Below, one piece after another: positions 33,835 through 46,758 of a stretch of 64,000 nucleotides of DNA; position 1 is the stretch's first letter; the number at the start of each line of letters is the position of its first letter. This DNA is from the human T2T-CHM13v2.0 reference genome, Homo sapiens. The notes under the pieces are model-generated. The model was not told the origin of the DNA. It searched no databases and worked only from the letters and a program-made list of their open reading frames with translations. The DNA lies in NCBI RefSeq assembly GCF_009914755.1, contig NC_060927.1; one strand, given 5' to 3'. The translations under genes were made by a program, and so were the position numbers.

Positions 33835-34350
33835 TTTGTATAGAAGGCCACAAATTTCCTCCTACCTTTCTATTCATGTCCTTTTGCTTCCTGACTTTGC
33901 TGCTTCTCCCATCAAGAACTGGAGTCCATTTCCACCTCCTCTTGAATCTGCCCTGGCCTTGTCTTGCTTTGACCAGTCAAATGAAATGGAAGTAATTTCA
34001 CACAACTACTAAGTCTAGGTCTCCAGGTGCCTTGCAATTTTCACTCTCACTCTCCTACCTGAGATCTTTTTGTAAATAAGTCTGAGACAGGCTGCTATAG
34101 AGATTAGTGGGTGAGGTCTGAGATGCTCCAACCAACAGCCAGCACGAATTGCCAGGCATTTGAGTCAGGGAATCTTAGACTACGAAGCCCCAGCTGAGCA
34201 TCTGGATTCTGGTGCTATAGATGCATGAGTGACCTCACACAGAACCAACAGAAGAACTACTCAGCTGAGCCCACCCCAAACTTCTGTCCTACTGTTTTAA
34301 GCTACTACGTTTTGAAGTGATTTGTTACACAACAATAAATGATTGATACA
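33835..34350 (+). mobile_element. MLT1 (F/H-like) MaLR solo LTR
   Basis: ctcccatcaaga, cttgaatctg; ends tgttttaagctactacgttttgaagtgatttgttacacaacaataaatgattgataca. Confidence 0.7.
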
Positions 34351-34479
34351 GAAGAATGTTAAAAGCTTGAGTCTTCTGTTGTTTACAGTCTGAATTGCCT
34401 CAACTAAATCACTTAATTCTAACAGCCCCTGCTTCCTTTTTTGTAAAATGTAGATATTTTACTCATCTGTCACCACTGG

Positions 34480-35020
34480 TTCCAGGTTTCAGGTTTTCAG
34501 TTTTAATGAATAAAAACGTAAGGGATAGGAATAAGAGGAAATTATTAGCTCAAGTAACTGACAAGTCAAGGAGTTGGTTTGGCTTCAGGTATGACTTGAT
34601 TCAAGGACTCAAATGAAGGTATCAGGGATTTGTTGGCCCCCACCTCTGTATTCTTTTTTTCTTCTTGTGTCAGATTCTCAGATGGGCTTGCCCCAAGTGA
34701 GGGCCCTCCTTGCAGTATGAGGTTTAAGTTGATCTGGCCTGGCAAACCTAAAAGGAAGTTTGACTTTCATTGGACCTACTAGAAATATGTGCCCATCCCT
34801 AGACCAGTCAGGTCAGAGGGATGAAATGCTCCATTTGGTCAGGACTAGGGCACGTGTCCACCTAACCCAGTGAAGTGGAGAGGTGGAGGTAGGGATAGGG
34901 GAAGAAAGGGTTAGGCTCACCAAGACCATCTGGGGAGACTGGCACAAAGGAAAACTGGGACACTATTACTAGAAGAAAAGAAATGGACGCTGAGCAGGTA
35001 GAAAATAACAGATGTTCACT
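34480..35020 (-). mobile_element. Old MLT1 (K/L-like) LTR
   Basis: ttattagctcaagtaactgacaagtc...ggcttcaggtatgacttgattcaaggactcaaa. Confidence 0.55.
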
Positions 35021-35049
35021 TCTTATTACATAGGCTGGGTAAACAGATA

Positions 35050-35290
35050 ACAGTAATAGCTTATACTTATTAAATGCTTATTAGGTTCCCAGCACTGATC
35101 TGAATAGTTTATGTATATTAATTCCTCTTATTCTTCTCTATTTAGGAAGATGTATGGTTATTATAGTATTCCTACTTTACAAATGAGGAAGCCAAGGCAT
35201 AAAGTGATTAAGTTGCCTATGGTCATGCATATATGAGTAGCATCAGAATCTAACTAGACTGGCTTGAAAGCTACTGCCTTTAACCTCCAG
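35050..35290 (-). mobile_element. MIR
   Basis: ctttacaaatgaggaagccaaggcataaagtgattaagttgcc. Confidence 0.65.
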
Positions 35291-35317
35291 TCTATATTCA
35301 AAATAGGTCACCAGCAC

Positions 35318-35830
35318 TATGGTAGGCAGGATTCTAACATGGTCCCCAAGATCCCCAACCCTTGGCATATAATTCCTTCTTCTTGAAAGTGGGTGGGACC
35401 TGTGAACATGACAGGATAGCCACTCCCTTGACTAGGTTACATTATATGACAAAAGTGATGAAACGGTCACTCTCTAGACTCCTGTAGGAGGATTCTCCTG
35501 CTGACTTTCAAGGAGTAAGCTGCCATGTTGTGAGGGCGCCGTGTGGCTTAGACCACTAGTTGAAAGCAGCCCTTGGCCAACAGCCATCAAGAAAATAGTA
35601 ATCTCAGTCCTACAACCACAAGGATCTGAATTCTGTCAATAACCTGAATGTGCTTGAAGGAGGAGCCCAAGCTCCAGATGAGAAAGCCTGGCCCATCCCT
35701 TGATTTCAGCCTGATGAGCCCTTGAGCAGAGGACCCAGCCATACTGTGCCCCAGCTTCTCACCTCTAAAAGTGACAGGCAATGAGTATATATTTTTTTAA
35801 GCTGCTAAATTTGAGGGTCATTTGTTACTA
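35318..35830 (+). mobile_element. MLT1E-like MaLR solo LTR
   Basis: tatggtaggcaggattctaacatggtccccaaga...ctcagtcctacaaccacaagga...ttttaagctgctaaatttg. Confidence 0.75.
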
Positions 35831-36369
35831 ACGTCAGCATCTTCTCTTTGTAGCCTTTTTATCTTCCATCAGGGTAGCTAGGCTCTCCCTCCTTTGGCAC
35901 TCCCAGGGCTTTTCACACCAACTTGCTCACTGTTATCATAGAGCTCCCATATCACCTGGGTTAGGATTGTAATTACCAGGTAGGAGCATGGCAGGGCTAC
36001 TGCTAGGTCATTATTGTGTGACTAGCACTTGAAAGTGTCTATTATATATGAATCGCTCTGTAATTGGTTGCAGAATAAATGAAAAGGCATCTGTGATGTA
36101 TGTTTGCAAAATTTTATCTTTTGTAGGAACTGGTGGGGCCTGGATTGTGCTTCCAAGGGTAGTTTGGGGGTAACCTTCAGCCTGGGGTCCTAGGACAGTC
36201 ACCAGTCCATACCGAATTGGATGTGAAGTTTTAGCATGGGGCCTCCTACACTACTAAGGTAGTGGTAATTCACTCTGCAAACCCATATGAGGTTTTCCCC
36301 GACTCTGAAGCTCTTTTTTTACATTCCACATTTTGGTGCCTTCTCAAGCCATTATTCTGTTGCCTTGAA

Positions 36370-36520
36370 TCACAGCTGTGGAGGCAAACAGGCCTGGGTT
36401 GAGAATCTCAGCTCTGCTGCCCACTAGCTGAGGATCCATCATTGTACTCTTCTGAGCATGTTTCCTTGTCTATTAAATGGGGAAAATAATTCTCACAGCT
36501 GGCAGTATTTTAAGGACTCC
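36370..36520 (+). mobile_element. MIR
   Basis: caggcctgggttgagaatctcagctctgc...ctctgagcatgtttcc...aaatgggg. Confidence 0.6.
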
Positions 36521-37255
36521 ATGAGAGAACGGAGCATGGACTTAGGAAGGTATGCTCCCATAAGGCATGGGGGCTTGCCCTTTTTGTTCGAGGCTGTGTT
36601 CCCAGTGTGTCCCTCAAACAGTAGGTGCTCAATACATTTGTTGAATGAGCAAGCAGTTTATGGCATGAATTCAGCACAATGCCTGGTAGACAGTAAGCAT
36701 TCCACAAAGGACAGCTTTTACTGTCCATTTCACAGAGGAGGAAACCTCACCTGAGGACGCTGACACAAGTATTTGACGAGTTTTTCCTATTTTATCACTC
36801 GACATTAAGAAGGTAGTCAGGGATGCTGGGGTAATCTAACTTGAGGAACGAATATCCCTCATTACAACACTTCCAAGAAAAATGGCCCTCGCAATCCTTT
36901 ATAAAGAAGTCAGGATTCCAATAAAACCAGGAAGGACCACATTCCAAAGCAAACAAACTCGCCTCATTCCCCACCCTGGGGGAGGGTGTTCACCCCCGTT
37001 CTGCTAAAGATAGAGCTAGGGCCCTCCCCAGGAACTTCCTGGCTTTTATTAGTTTGTAATCCCAAACGTAACTTTTCAAAGGTTTTTCTTTTGGAAGTGT
37101 GGGTGTGAAAATGCTTCCTTAATCACATCGAACGGGAGGATCTCCGACCATCTGTACTTTATTTGAAAACCTAGCATCCGGTTGGGATGTTTGGGTGGGT
37201 GGAGGACCCTGCCGTGTTGGGATGAAACAGCAGGGACACGTTTAAAACACAAGAA

Positions 37256-37647
<392 letters not shown>

Positions 37648-38704
37648 CTAATTACCTTGGCTCAGTTACACATTTACTCGAAAGCCCGCCTCCCCCACTT
37701 TTAGCCCCAGCGTTAAGAATGTAAAATAGGGCGCTTAGAAGTCTAAGCGATAAAGATCTTCTTACCGAGAGCCAAGGGACAAAACTCATTACAGATAAGC
37801 CTAGTCCTCCCATTTCCCCCGGACGCCTCTCCCCGATTGCTAAAGAAGCAGCCGCTCCCCGGGTAGCTGCCAGGAAATCAGTCCGGCCCCGCGGCGCTGC
37901 TTTCACCCTGCAGGGGGTAAGAGGCGCACTTCCTGCGCCCTCCCCGCGGCCAAACCGGGGTGCGGGAACCTTCTCCAGAGAAGCTGCGAGTTGGGGAAAC
38001 TCCGCCACCGATCCATCGTGGCGCCGGGAAAGGGGATGCGGGGCTCGGAAGGGCTAGATTTCGCAATCCTGGGATCGACATTCCTCCCCTCCCCCACTTT
38101 CCCCAGCCTTGGACTGGGCCAATGAAAGCCCGAAAAAGAAAAAAAAAAAAATTAAATCTCAATGTAGCCGGAGTGCAAAGGCCGCTCGGCTTTGTTTCCC
38201 GGCGGGGGAATGCGCTGTGTTGGAGGCGCGAACAGGAGCCGCAGACGGTGAGCCCCACCGCTGCAAATGCCAGGGCAGTGAAGCCGAACAGAAAACCCCA
38301 TCGCTTTAAAAAGGCAGCTGTCCGCCCTCCCCCTTTCCCCTCGCCAGGGCGAGGGGCCCCTCAAGTCCGGGATCCGCGAGCTGCGCGGAGGATCTCGCCA
38401 AACCCAAGCACCGTGCGGCGTCTTTTAAGAGCTCGAACAACGGGAATCCAGCAAAAAACAAGCCGGCCCCAGAAGGCAGCCTCCCTCCTCTCTCCGCGCA
38501 CGGGCTACAATCGCCCCCAGTCCCCAAACTGTCCCAGTAGAGGCCGCGCGGAGAGAGCAGAGCCGAGGGACCCAGCGCAAGGCGGGAGCCAAGCGCGGCT
38601 GCTTTAAGAACGCGGAGAGCGCGCGCCCGCCGCCAGCTGGCCCGGGCTGCGCGCCCCCGCCGCCACCGCGCGCCCCCTGTTCGCTCGCTCCTTCGCTCGC
38701 CGGC

Positions 38705-38747
38705 TTTAAAGTCTCTGCCAGGATCCATGCTCACATGTTACTTCCTG
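38705..38747 (+). promoter_or_regulatory. Putative core promoter: TATA-like TTTAAA (38705-38710), Inr CTCACA (38730-38735), ETS-like ACTTCCTG (38740-38747)
   Basis: Motifs read directly; TATA-like box to Inr spacing is 28 nt, close to canonical. Confidence 0.55.
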
Positions 38748-39451
38748 TATGGAGGCATGGCCAGTTTCCAGCCCCGCGCTCTTCGTTCCTTCCCAGCCTG
38801 CGCCGGAGCCACAACTTTCAGGAGCATGGACTGAAGGCGCCCTCGCCCCAGCGCCCCTCTGAGATCCTTTGTGTTTTCCTCCGTTTCCTCCGGCCGTTTC
38901 TATTTTGGGGGGCTCTCCGCTCCCCCTGCCTCTCCCCTCCCCTTCCCCTCTCGCAAACATGCCTCCTTCCTTCCCGGGGCCCTGGAAGGAGCTGCCTGCC
39001 TGAAGCCCGGAGACGCCGCGCCGCGCTCAGCCCCGCCGCCGCCCGCCGGCTCTCGGGCTGTGCTGCGCTGCCGACTCAAGTTGGGGATCCTCGGCTGCTC
39101 GCCGCCGCCGCCCGCGGTCCCTGCCTGCCCCAGGCCCGGGGCATCGCCGCCGGCCGCCGACTCCGCGCCCTGCCCGATCGGCTCTCTCCTTTTTAAACGG
39201 AAAGCAGCCTTTCTCCGCCGAGAGGATCGTCCCCAGCGTGGCTCTGCGTTCCCGGTCACTTTTTGAGATTTTCCGGGGGGCGCTCGGCGGCTTCCCGGAT
39301 TCCAAGGGGACTCGGGCCGCCGAGCGCGGGGGGCCCGTGGAGCGGGCGAGCCGGGGAAGCGCCCCGGCTTAGCGGAGGCTCGCACGGAGGCAAGAACTTA
39401 TTCAACAAGTTTACCTCCCTGCTTTCCTCTTTTCGATGTGCGTTTTCGGAC
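38733..39451 (+). other. PTPRG: PTPRG exon 1 5' UTR (~720 nt, GC-rich, several upstream ATGs); start approximate
   Basis: Continuous with the coding exon. Inr-like CTCACA (A at 38733) lies 28 nt after a TATA-like TTTAAA. Length is consistent with my recollection of the long PTPRG leader. Confidence 0.75.
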
Positions 39452-39536
39452 ATGCGGAGGTTACTGGAACCGTGTTGGTGGATTTTGTTCCTGAAAATCA
39501 CCAGTTCCGTGCTCCATTATGTCGTGTGCTTCCCCG
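39452..39536 (+). CDS. PTPRG: Coding part of exon 1 of receptor-type tyrosine-protein phosphatase gamma (signal-peptide region, 28 codons + 1 nt, phase-1 intron follows)
   Basis: ATG at 39452 (ggacATGc) translates [28 protein letters not shown], which I recognise as the PTPRG N-terminus. It is followed by a canonical donor CCG|GTGAGT at 39537 and lies in a CpG island. Confidence 0.97.
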
Positions 39537-41143
39537 GTGAGTGCCGGCCGCCGAGGGGATGCGGCCCCGGCCGGCGCGCGTTGGGGATGCGGAGTTGTCG
39601 CCTGGGCGCGGAGCTCCGGCGCCCGTCCGGGAGACCCTGGAGAGGGTGGAGGGTGGCCCGGCGCCCGGATAGGAGAAAAGGATTGCTCCGCTGGCTTGGA
39701 TGATGTTTAGGGAGGCAGGCTAGTGGTCGAGGAAGGTGGAGGCAGGGGCTGGCCGGGGAGGGGGCTGGGGGACGTGGGGGTCTGCTCCCGCTCCCTTTTG
39801 GGGGTCCTGGGGAGCTGGAATCGGGAGAAAGGGGGACTTGCTTTGCTGACTCGTCGCCGATCGGGAGAACTCGAGTTGTGGGGCGGTTGGGGAGACTGAG
39901 GCCATGGAAAGGATGCTTCTGTGGGTTTGGGGGGCCCGGGATGAGCCCCCTCGCTCTGGCGGGTATTGAAGGAACTCAGAAGGTGGGGGTTTGCTTTGCT
40001 GTTCTCCATCCCTTTGGGAGGGCTAGGTTTCGGGGAATGGAAGTCGGAGGCTGGCTGCGGAGGACTGAGGATGTGTGGGGAGCAGCCTGCGTTCTGGGTC
40101 GGGGGCGTCCTCCCTCTCTCTGGGGGCTGGGGCGCGGGCAGCACTTCGGTGCCGGCGTGAGGCAGCCTCCTTGGGCGCAGTGAGACGGCAGGGCGCAGGC
40201 GGTTTCGGAGAGATCCGTGTCTCCCCTAGCCCCGGCCCGTGGCCCTTTCCCTCCGCTGCTCTGCTCGATTGGATTGCCTGGGTCTGGACGCGGGGAGGGG
40301 GCGGGGGCGGTTTCGGCGGCCGGGTTGCTGTTCGCGCCGGGGCTGATTTTTTTCCTGTCTCGCGCGCCCTGCCTACCTTCATCTTTGCCCTTTTGCAGGC
40401 TGTTCGCGGCTGGCAGACCCAGTCTCGCTCCTTTCTGGCCAGGTTAAGACAGGAACAATACTGGCCGTTGATAAGAATAAATCACCGCACGTAACGGTGT
40501 GCGGCTCGGCGACCCTCCACTTCCAGCTCTCAGCTGGCAGTTCCCCCTCCTCTCTCTCCTGGGGAGGGCAGAGGCCAGCTGCCTCCCTCTCCTCTCTTGC
40601 AGGTCCCCCGGGCAGCAGCCCCGAGCTCCCTCGTAGCTGTCCCTTGGGGTGGAGGCCAAGTCCTGCCCTAGCCCGGGGAAGGGCTGGAAGAAGGGGTGAT
40701 TTGCTTTTCATCCCTCGCTCCCCTAAGGACAGAGAATTCCCCGGTTTTCTGCCCTCTCATCCATCAGCTCCTGCATACCCGGAGGTGGAGGTTATCTGAA
40801 TCAAGAAAAAGAGGAATGTGCCCCGAGGTCTCCGCTCTGCCTGGTTACAGACGCCTGTCCTCGGGCGGCTGGAGCGCCCGTTTTTGGTGCAGCGGGTCCC
40901 TTAGTCCCGTCGTGCGACCCGGAGCAGGGCGCGCGGGAGCCCTCGTCGCCCTTGGGGATCCCTCTCGGGGGACTGGCAGCGAATGCCCCCTTTGCAGAAT
41001 CGGGGATGGCCTCGAGGGGCAGAAAGGGAAAACACCGTCTTGTATTCTGCACCCCCTTTTCTCTCTGCGCATCCTCCTGCCCGCGGAGCGGCACGGAGCT
41101 CCAGCCCAGAAACGCAGCTCGGAGGCCGAGCGTCCACACTCAC

Positions 41144-41238
41144 CCTGGGGTTTGCCCACTGGAGTCCTGCCTCTACGGTAGGACACTGGGGCCTGGGGTT
41201 TGCCCACTGGAGTCCTGCCTCTACGGCCTCTACGGTAG
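41144..41238 (+). repeat. Perfect 35-bp direct repeat (period 48) plus 9-bp stutter
   Basis: cctggggtttgcccactggagtcctgcctctacgg at 41144 and 41192. Confidence 0.95.
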
Positions 41239-43591
41239 TGTAGGCCATGGGGACATCTCCCCTTAGAAACAGCTGCCTTCATTCACTAAAAGATCACTGC
41301 TCAGTATTTGGGTTAATCATCTCTCCTTTCTAGTCTCCCCTGCTTTACCACGGACTTGACGACTGAGCGGGCTCAGGTGCACACAGGGGTTGAGCTTTGT
41401 GAGGGCCACTCTTTAATGGGTGCAGTGGGAGGTCGTGGAGGGCTGCCTTGCAAATTAGAGGAATTTCCAATTCCACTTCTGTCCTTCTTGCGCTCGGGGA
41501 TGCAGTCAGTGGGCTGACCGTGGTTTTCTTTTCCCTGGTGTGTGAGGAAGCTTGAGATCCAAAATGGGACTGCCAGGGAACCAGCCTTCGTGGGGCTTGG
41601 ACCATTTTCGTCTTCTCATTTTCTTTTCGCGCCCACGCTGCGAGGTAAATAGCCCCTTTCCTGGTCCGGGAGCCGAGGGGTGTGGGAAAGGGAAAGGACA
41701 GTGGTGGGAGGCGCAGGGAAGAGGGCGGTTTGGTTTGGAAAAGTGCAGCCCGAGAGGGAGCAGCAGGCTTTGGAGCAAGGTAAAGTTAAAATATCAGAGC
41801 TCTGGGAGACGCTGGCTTTTCGTTTTCCGAGGTTGCCGCGACGCCGCTGGACCTCAGGGGGCGCCCCCGAGCCACTGGTGGGGCTCCTGCCACCTCCACA
41901 CTGGTCGGCCTCGGCCACCTCCACGCCTCAGGGATGGGGCGCGCGTGCCCGGGTTCCCAGGCTCTGGGGCTGCAGACGCGCCTTGGCGCGAGGCGGCGGC
42001 CTCGGCCTGGCGATGCTGCTCCTGGCTTTCTCGAAACCCGCTGGGGGCTGGAGTTAGCCTTGGGACCCCTACTTCTTGCCTGCTGTGACCTCGAAAGCGC
42101 TTATCTGTTTGACATGAGGGATAAAAATGCTTCTGTTTTGGAGTAGGGTCGTCCTTGTGAGGTCTTAGCCAAAATCCCTTTTTATTTAGTATTTTTGTGT
42201 TTCCTCTCAGAATCATAACTCAGCATAACTCTTCAGTTGCATTTGAGTTCTCAGCTCCTGTTCAGGATATGGGTTAGCTGTAGTTTGGGCAGGGTTTTGG
42301 AAACACAGCCCTGGCATGAGCTTTTTCCCAGTGGATTGGAAACAGTGGATTTTAGTCTTTGAACAGCAGTGTGGCAGGTTTGGGATCCATTCAGGGTTAA
42401 TAATGCTTCAAGTGATGCTTTCCAAGTGCAAAGCTAAGAGTGTTACCAAACATAATATTAGGCATATTACATTGCTATATACATCTTTATAAAGCACTGT
42501 AGAAACGTTTACAAAAATAGCAAAATATAATGGATCCCCCACCCAACTTCAACACTCACAACTCAATCTTCTCTCATCTCTTCCTCCCCAACACCTTATT
42601 ATTTTAAAGCAAATCCTACACATAGTTCATTCAAACTCTGATACATATCTCCAATCACTGGGAATTTAATTGCCTCTGACACAGTATAAAATATGTTACT
42701 TCAGAGTGTTAACCTTTTATCTAGTTTACATTCTCAAGCTCAGCAGATTTTTTTTTTAATTGATTTTTGTCTTTCGGCCCTCAGAGTGAAACTCTGGTTT
42801 TGATATGTTTTGTATTGTAATTACATTATATCTAGGATGCTGCCATTGGAAACAGTTCAGATGGATAAGCTCAGCTGTGTACCTTGGATGTGTCAGAATT
42901 GGAGGCTCCATGATTAATGTCGGGTGAATCATGAATCTCCCTCTAAGCTGTCTCTTATTTTATTTGCATGTGCGGGCTTTAGTTCTGATGGGCATCCGTT
43001 ATGGCCTTAGGAAAAGGCAAAAGTAATATTTGGAAATCAGCAATCTTTCTCTTTACAGGGTGTGAGATTGTACAGGTTTTTTTTCCCTCTCCCTCATGTA
43101 TCATGTTTGAAAATGAAGAATCTTTACCCAGTCTCTAAACTGGATTCCTTTGACACAGTTATGGAATAAAATCTTTGATGTTTCCTTCTAAACAGTGTTC
43201 ACATTTGAGGGTTGATGGACTTAAAACACTAATAAAGATAGGCATAAACAGGGCCTTTTGGAAATAGGGGAAGTTGCTGTTGTTGCTGAAAGAAGAAAGG
43301 TCATAGGAAGGGTTGGCTGATGTGGGAAAAGTGACTATTCCATAGTGAAGCTTTGAGTATCTCCCATTAATTATGGACCTGTTTTCACTGAATAAAAGAT
43401 TATGTTGTTGTTTACATGAAGCGATCCAGCGAATGCTGATGATTTAATGCAGCAAAACAAACAGCCCTTTCAGATTTGCCTTTCTATTCTAAACAGCTCC
43501 CAAGTTAACAGAGTAGAATCAGTTATACACCTGTGTGCTGATTGAAAGTAACTTTCTTGGCATTCACGTGAGATCACTTAAAATGCCCTAG

Positions 43592-43920
<329 letters not shown>

Positions 43921-44534
43921 TTGCTACTGGGCTGTTGCTTTAACACTTTGCTTTTACAGTGACACGTTGTTTGTTCTTTTTAAATCTTGATTTCCATTCA
44001 GCATGTGGGACAATGAAATGCCATTTCTAGGCAGGTTGAAGATTGCAATATGCGTACATTCTGAATTAAGAGATTTAAACAATTGTAGTTAATACTGTCA
44101 TCCTGGGTTACATTTCATGTGGTCACATTCCATAACCCGGAGCTTATGGGAAAAATTTAGGGCATCTGAAGTTCCCTCTAAAGCACTTGGTGCCCAGAAA
44201 TTAGCCCTTGGTTTGCTTTGGTTCAGAGTTGACCTCTGTTAGATGTTGGGTGGTGGTCACTGAAACTGTTTTTGGCTGTATCCTGTTTAGAGAATAAAAG
44301 GGCTGTTTTATTAATATTATAGAAGCCAAGGAGTACACTGCTCCCCACCTTTAATTTTCCACCTGAGCTTGATCTAGGTTAAGCAGCCACTGACGAGGTA
44401 GAGGGAGTGGCTCAGGAGGGACTCAGGAGGGGCTGAGAAGAGCCTGCTCTGTGAGGGCTTCTTGTGGGATTTGGCAATAGTCACTGAATTTGTCCCAGAA
44501 TGAGGTTGCCTGTGCAAATGATTAAAAGATAAAA

Positions 44535-45127
<593 letters not shown>

Positions 45128-45640
45128 GTTCATTTGCCAGTCTGAGAAATGGGAGCAACCATCTTACTTGGAAACAAACTATATCCAGGACTAGGGCAAC
45201 ATTCTGTGCACTTAAAAAATCAACTATACTTGTGTAAAAAAGAGTTATCGGACTTGGCTTTGACTTATTTTTGGTATTGTGTTTATGTGGAGTTGTAACC
45301 AACAAAATCAATAAAAAGGATAAGTATATTCCAGAAACCTGTATTTACGTCTCCTTGCTTTTCCCTACAATTTGCCTGTTGCAAATTTCTAAGAACATGG
45401 GATTGTTAATGTCTCTTTAAAAGATGTCTTAAAGTAATACAGGTAAATTTCACTGTCAGGAAAGTCTGTGATGATTGAGATGTAGAACAGATAAATTTGT
45501 GGTTAACTCAGTATGAAAAGGATTGTTAGGTATAAGTGATGGCTGTGCAAGATTGCTTTAAGTAGCTAGAGGGCTTCTTGAGTGATTGTCCCCTTCTATT
45601 GGGACAACTATAATTGGAGGGACCATTTCACCTGGTATCA

Positions 45641-46117
<477 letters not shown>

Positions 46118-46384
46118 CTATATGTGCCTGGTTTCTGTTTTGGAAGCCTCCCAAACGGAATTGGGTAGTGTTTCACTTGTACTTGTGGTGGGTGTGGGGA
46201 TGGAGGTAACTTACACATTGAATGAAAACTTCATGTGTCAGCCAGTTGATGAGAGTTGCCATACTATTTTGTCAGCATGTAGCAGGAAGAAAAATCTTTT
46301 AGGAGCCTGGAACTTGTTAATGCTTTTCTATTTGTTTTCTAAACTAGGTGGCTATTGAGAGTTATACAGAACATAGCAAAATAG

Positions 46385-46600
46385 GTAAGAATATGGCCTC
46401 TGGAGCCAGCCTACCTGTGCCATTGCTAGCCGTGCTACCTTAGAAAAGTTACATACCCTCTCTGTGCCTCATTATTTTTTTCTTCCTCTGTGAAATGGGG
46501 TGGTGATAGAAGCCTAACTCCTAAAGTCTTTGTGAGGCTTGAATGAGAATGTATATAAGGACTTAGTGCTGTGCATGGTAAACAGTAAGTGCTCAATAAC
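46385..46600 (+). mobile_element. MIR
   Basis: ctctggagccag...ctctctgtgcctca...gtaagtgctcaataa. Confidence 0.75.
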
Positions 46601-46617
46601 CATTTTTTTAAATCAAA

Positions 46618-46758
46618 AGTTTTATATGTTTATTTTTATAGAGACCGGGTCTCTCCCTGTGTTGCCCAGGCTGGTCTTAAACTCCTGACCTCAAGTGATC
46701 CTCCTACCTCAACTTCCCAAAGTGCTAGGATTACAGGCCTGAGCCATTGCTCCTGGCC
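46618..46758 (-). mobile_element. Alu left monomer (FLAM_C-like)
   Basis: Single antisense arm. Confidence 0.8.

Noticed and set aside
39263-39703. 146-aa ORF containing the PTPRG N-terminus
   Set aside because: Artefact: starts at a non-ATG codon in the UTR and reads through the splice donor; only 39452-39536 is coding.
41851-41868. CTCF-like ACCTCAGGGGGCGC and 12-bp palindrome GGGGGCGCCCCC
   Set aside because: Several mismatches in the 5' part of the motif; such palindromes are common at this GC content.
37652-42216. Many 100-215 aa ORFs on both strands (e.g. 37960-38607, 41552-42088)
   Set aside because: Stop-poor GC-rich island sequence; Pro/Arg/Gly/Ala-biased, overlapping in all frames, no recognisable domain.
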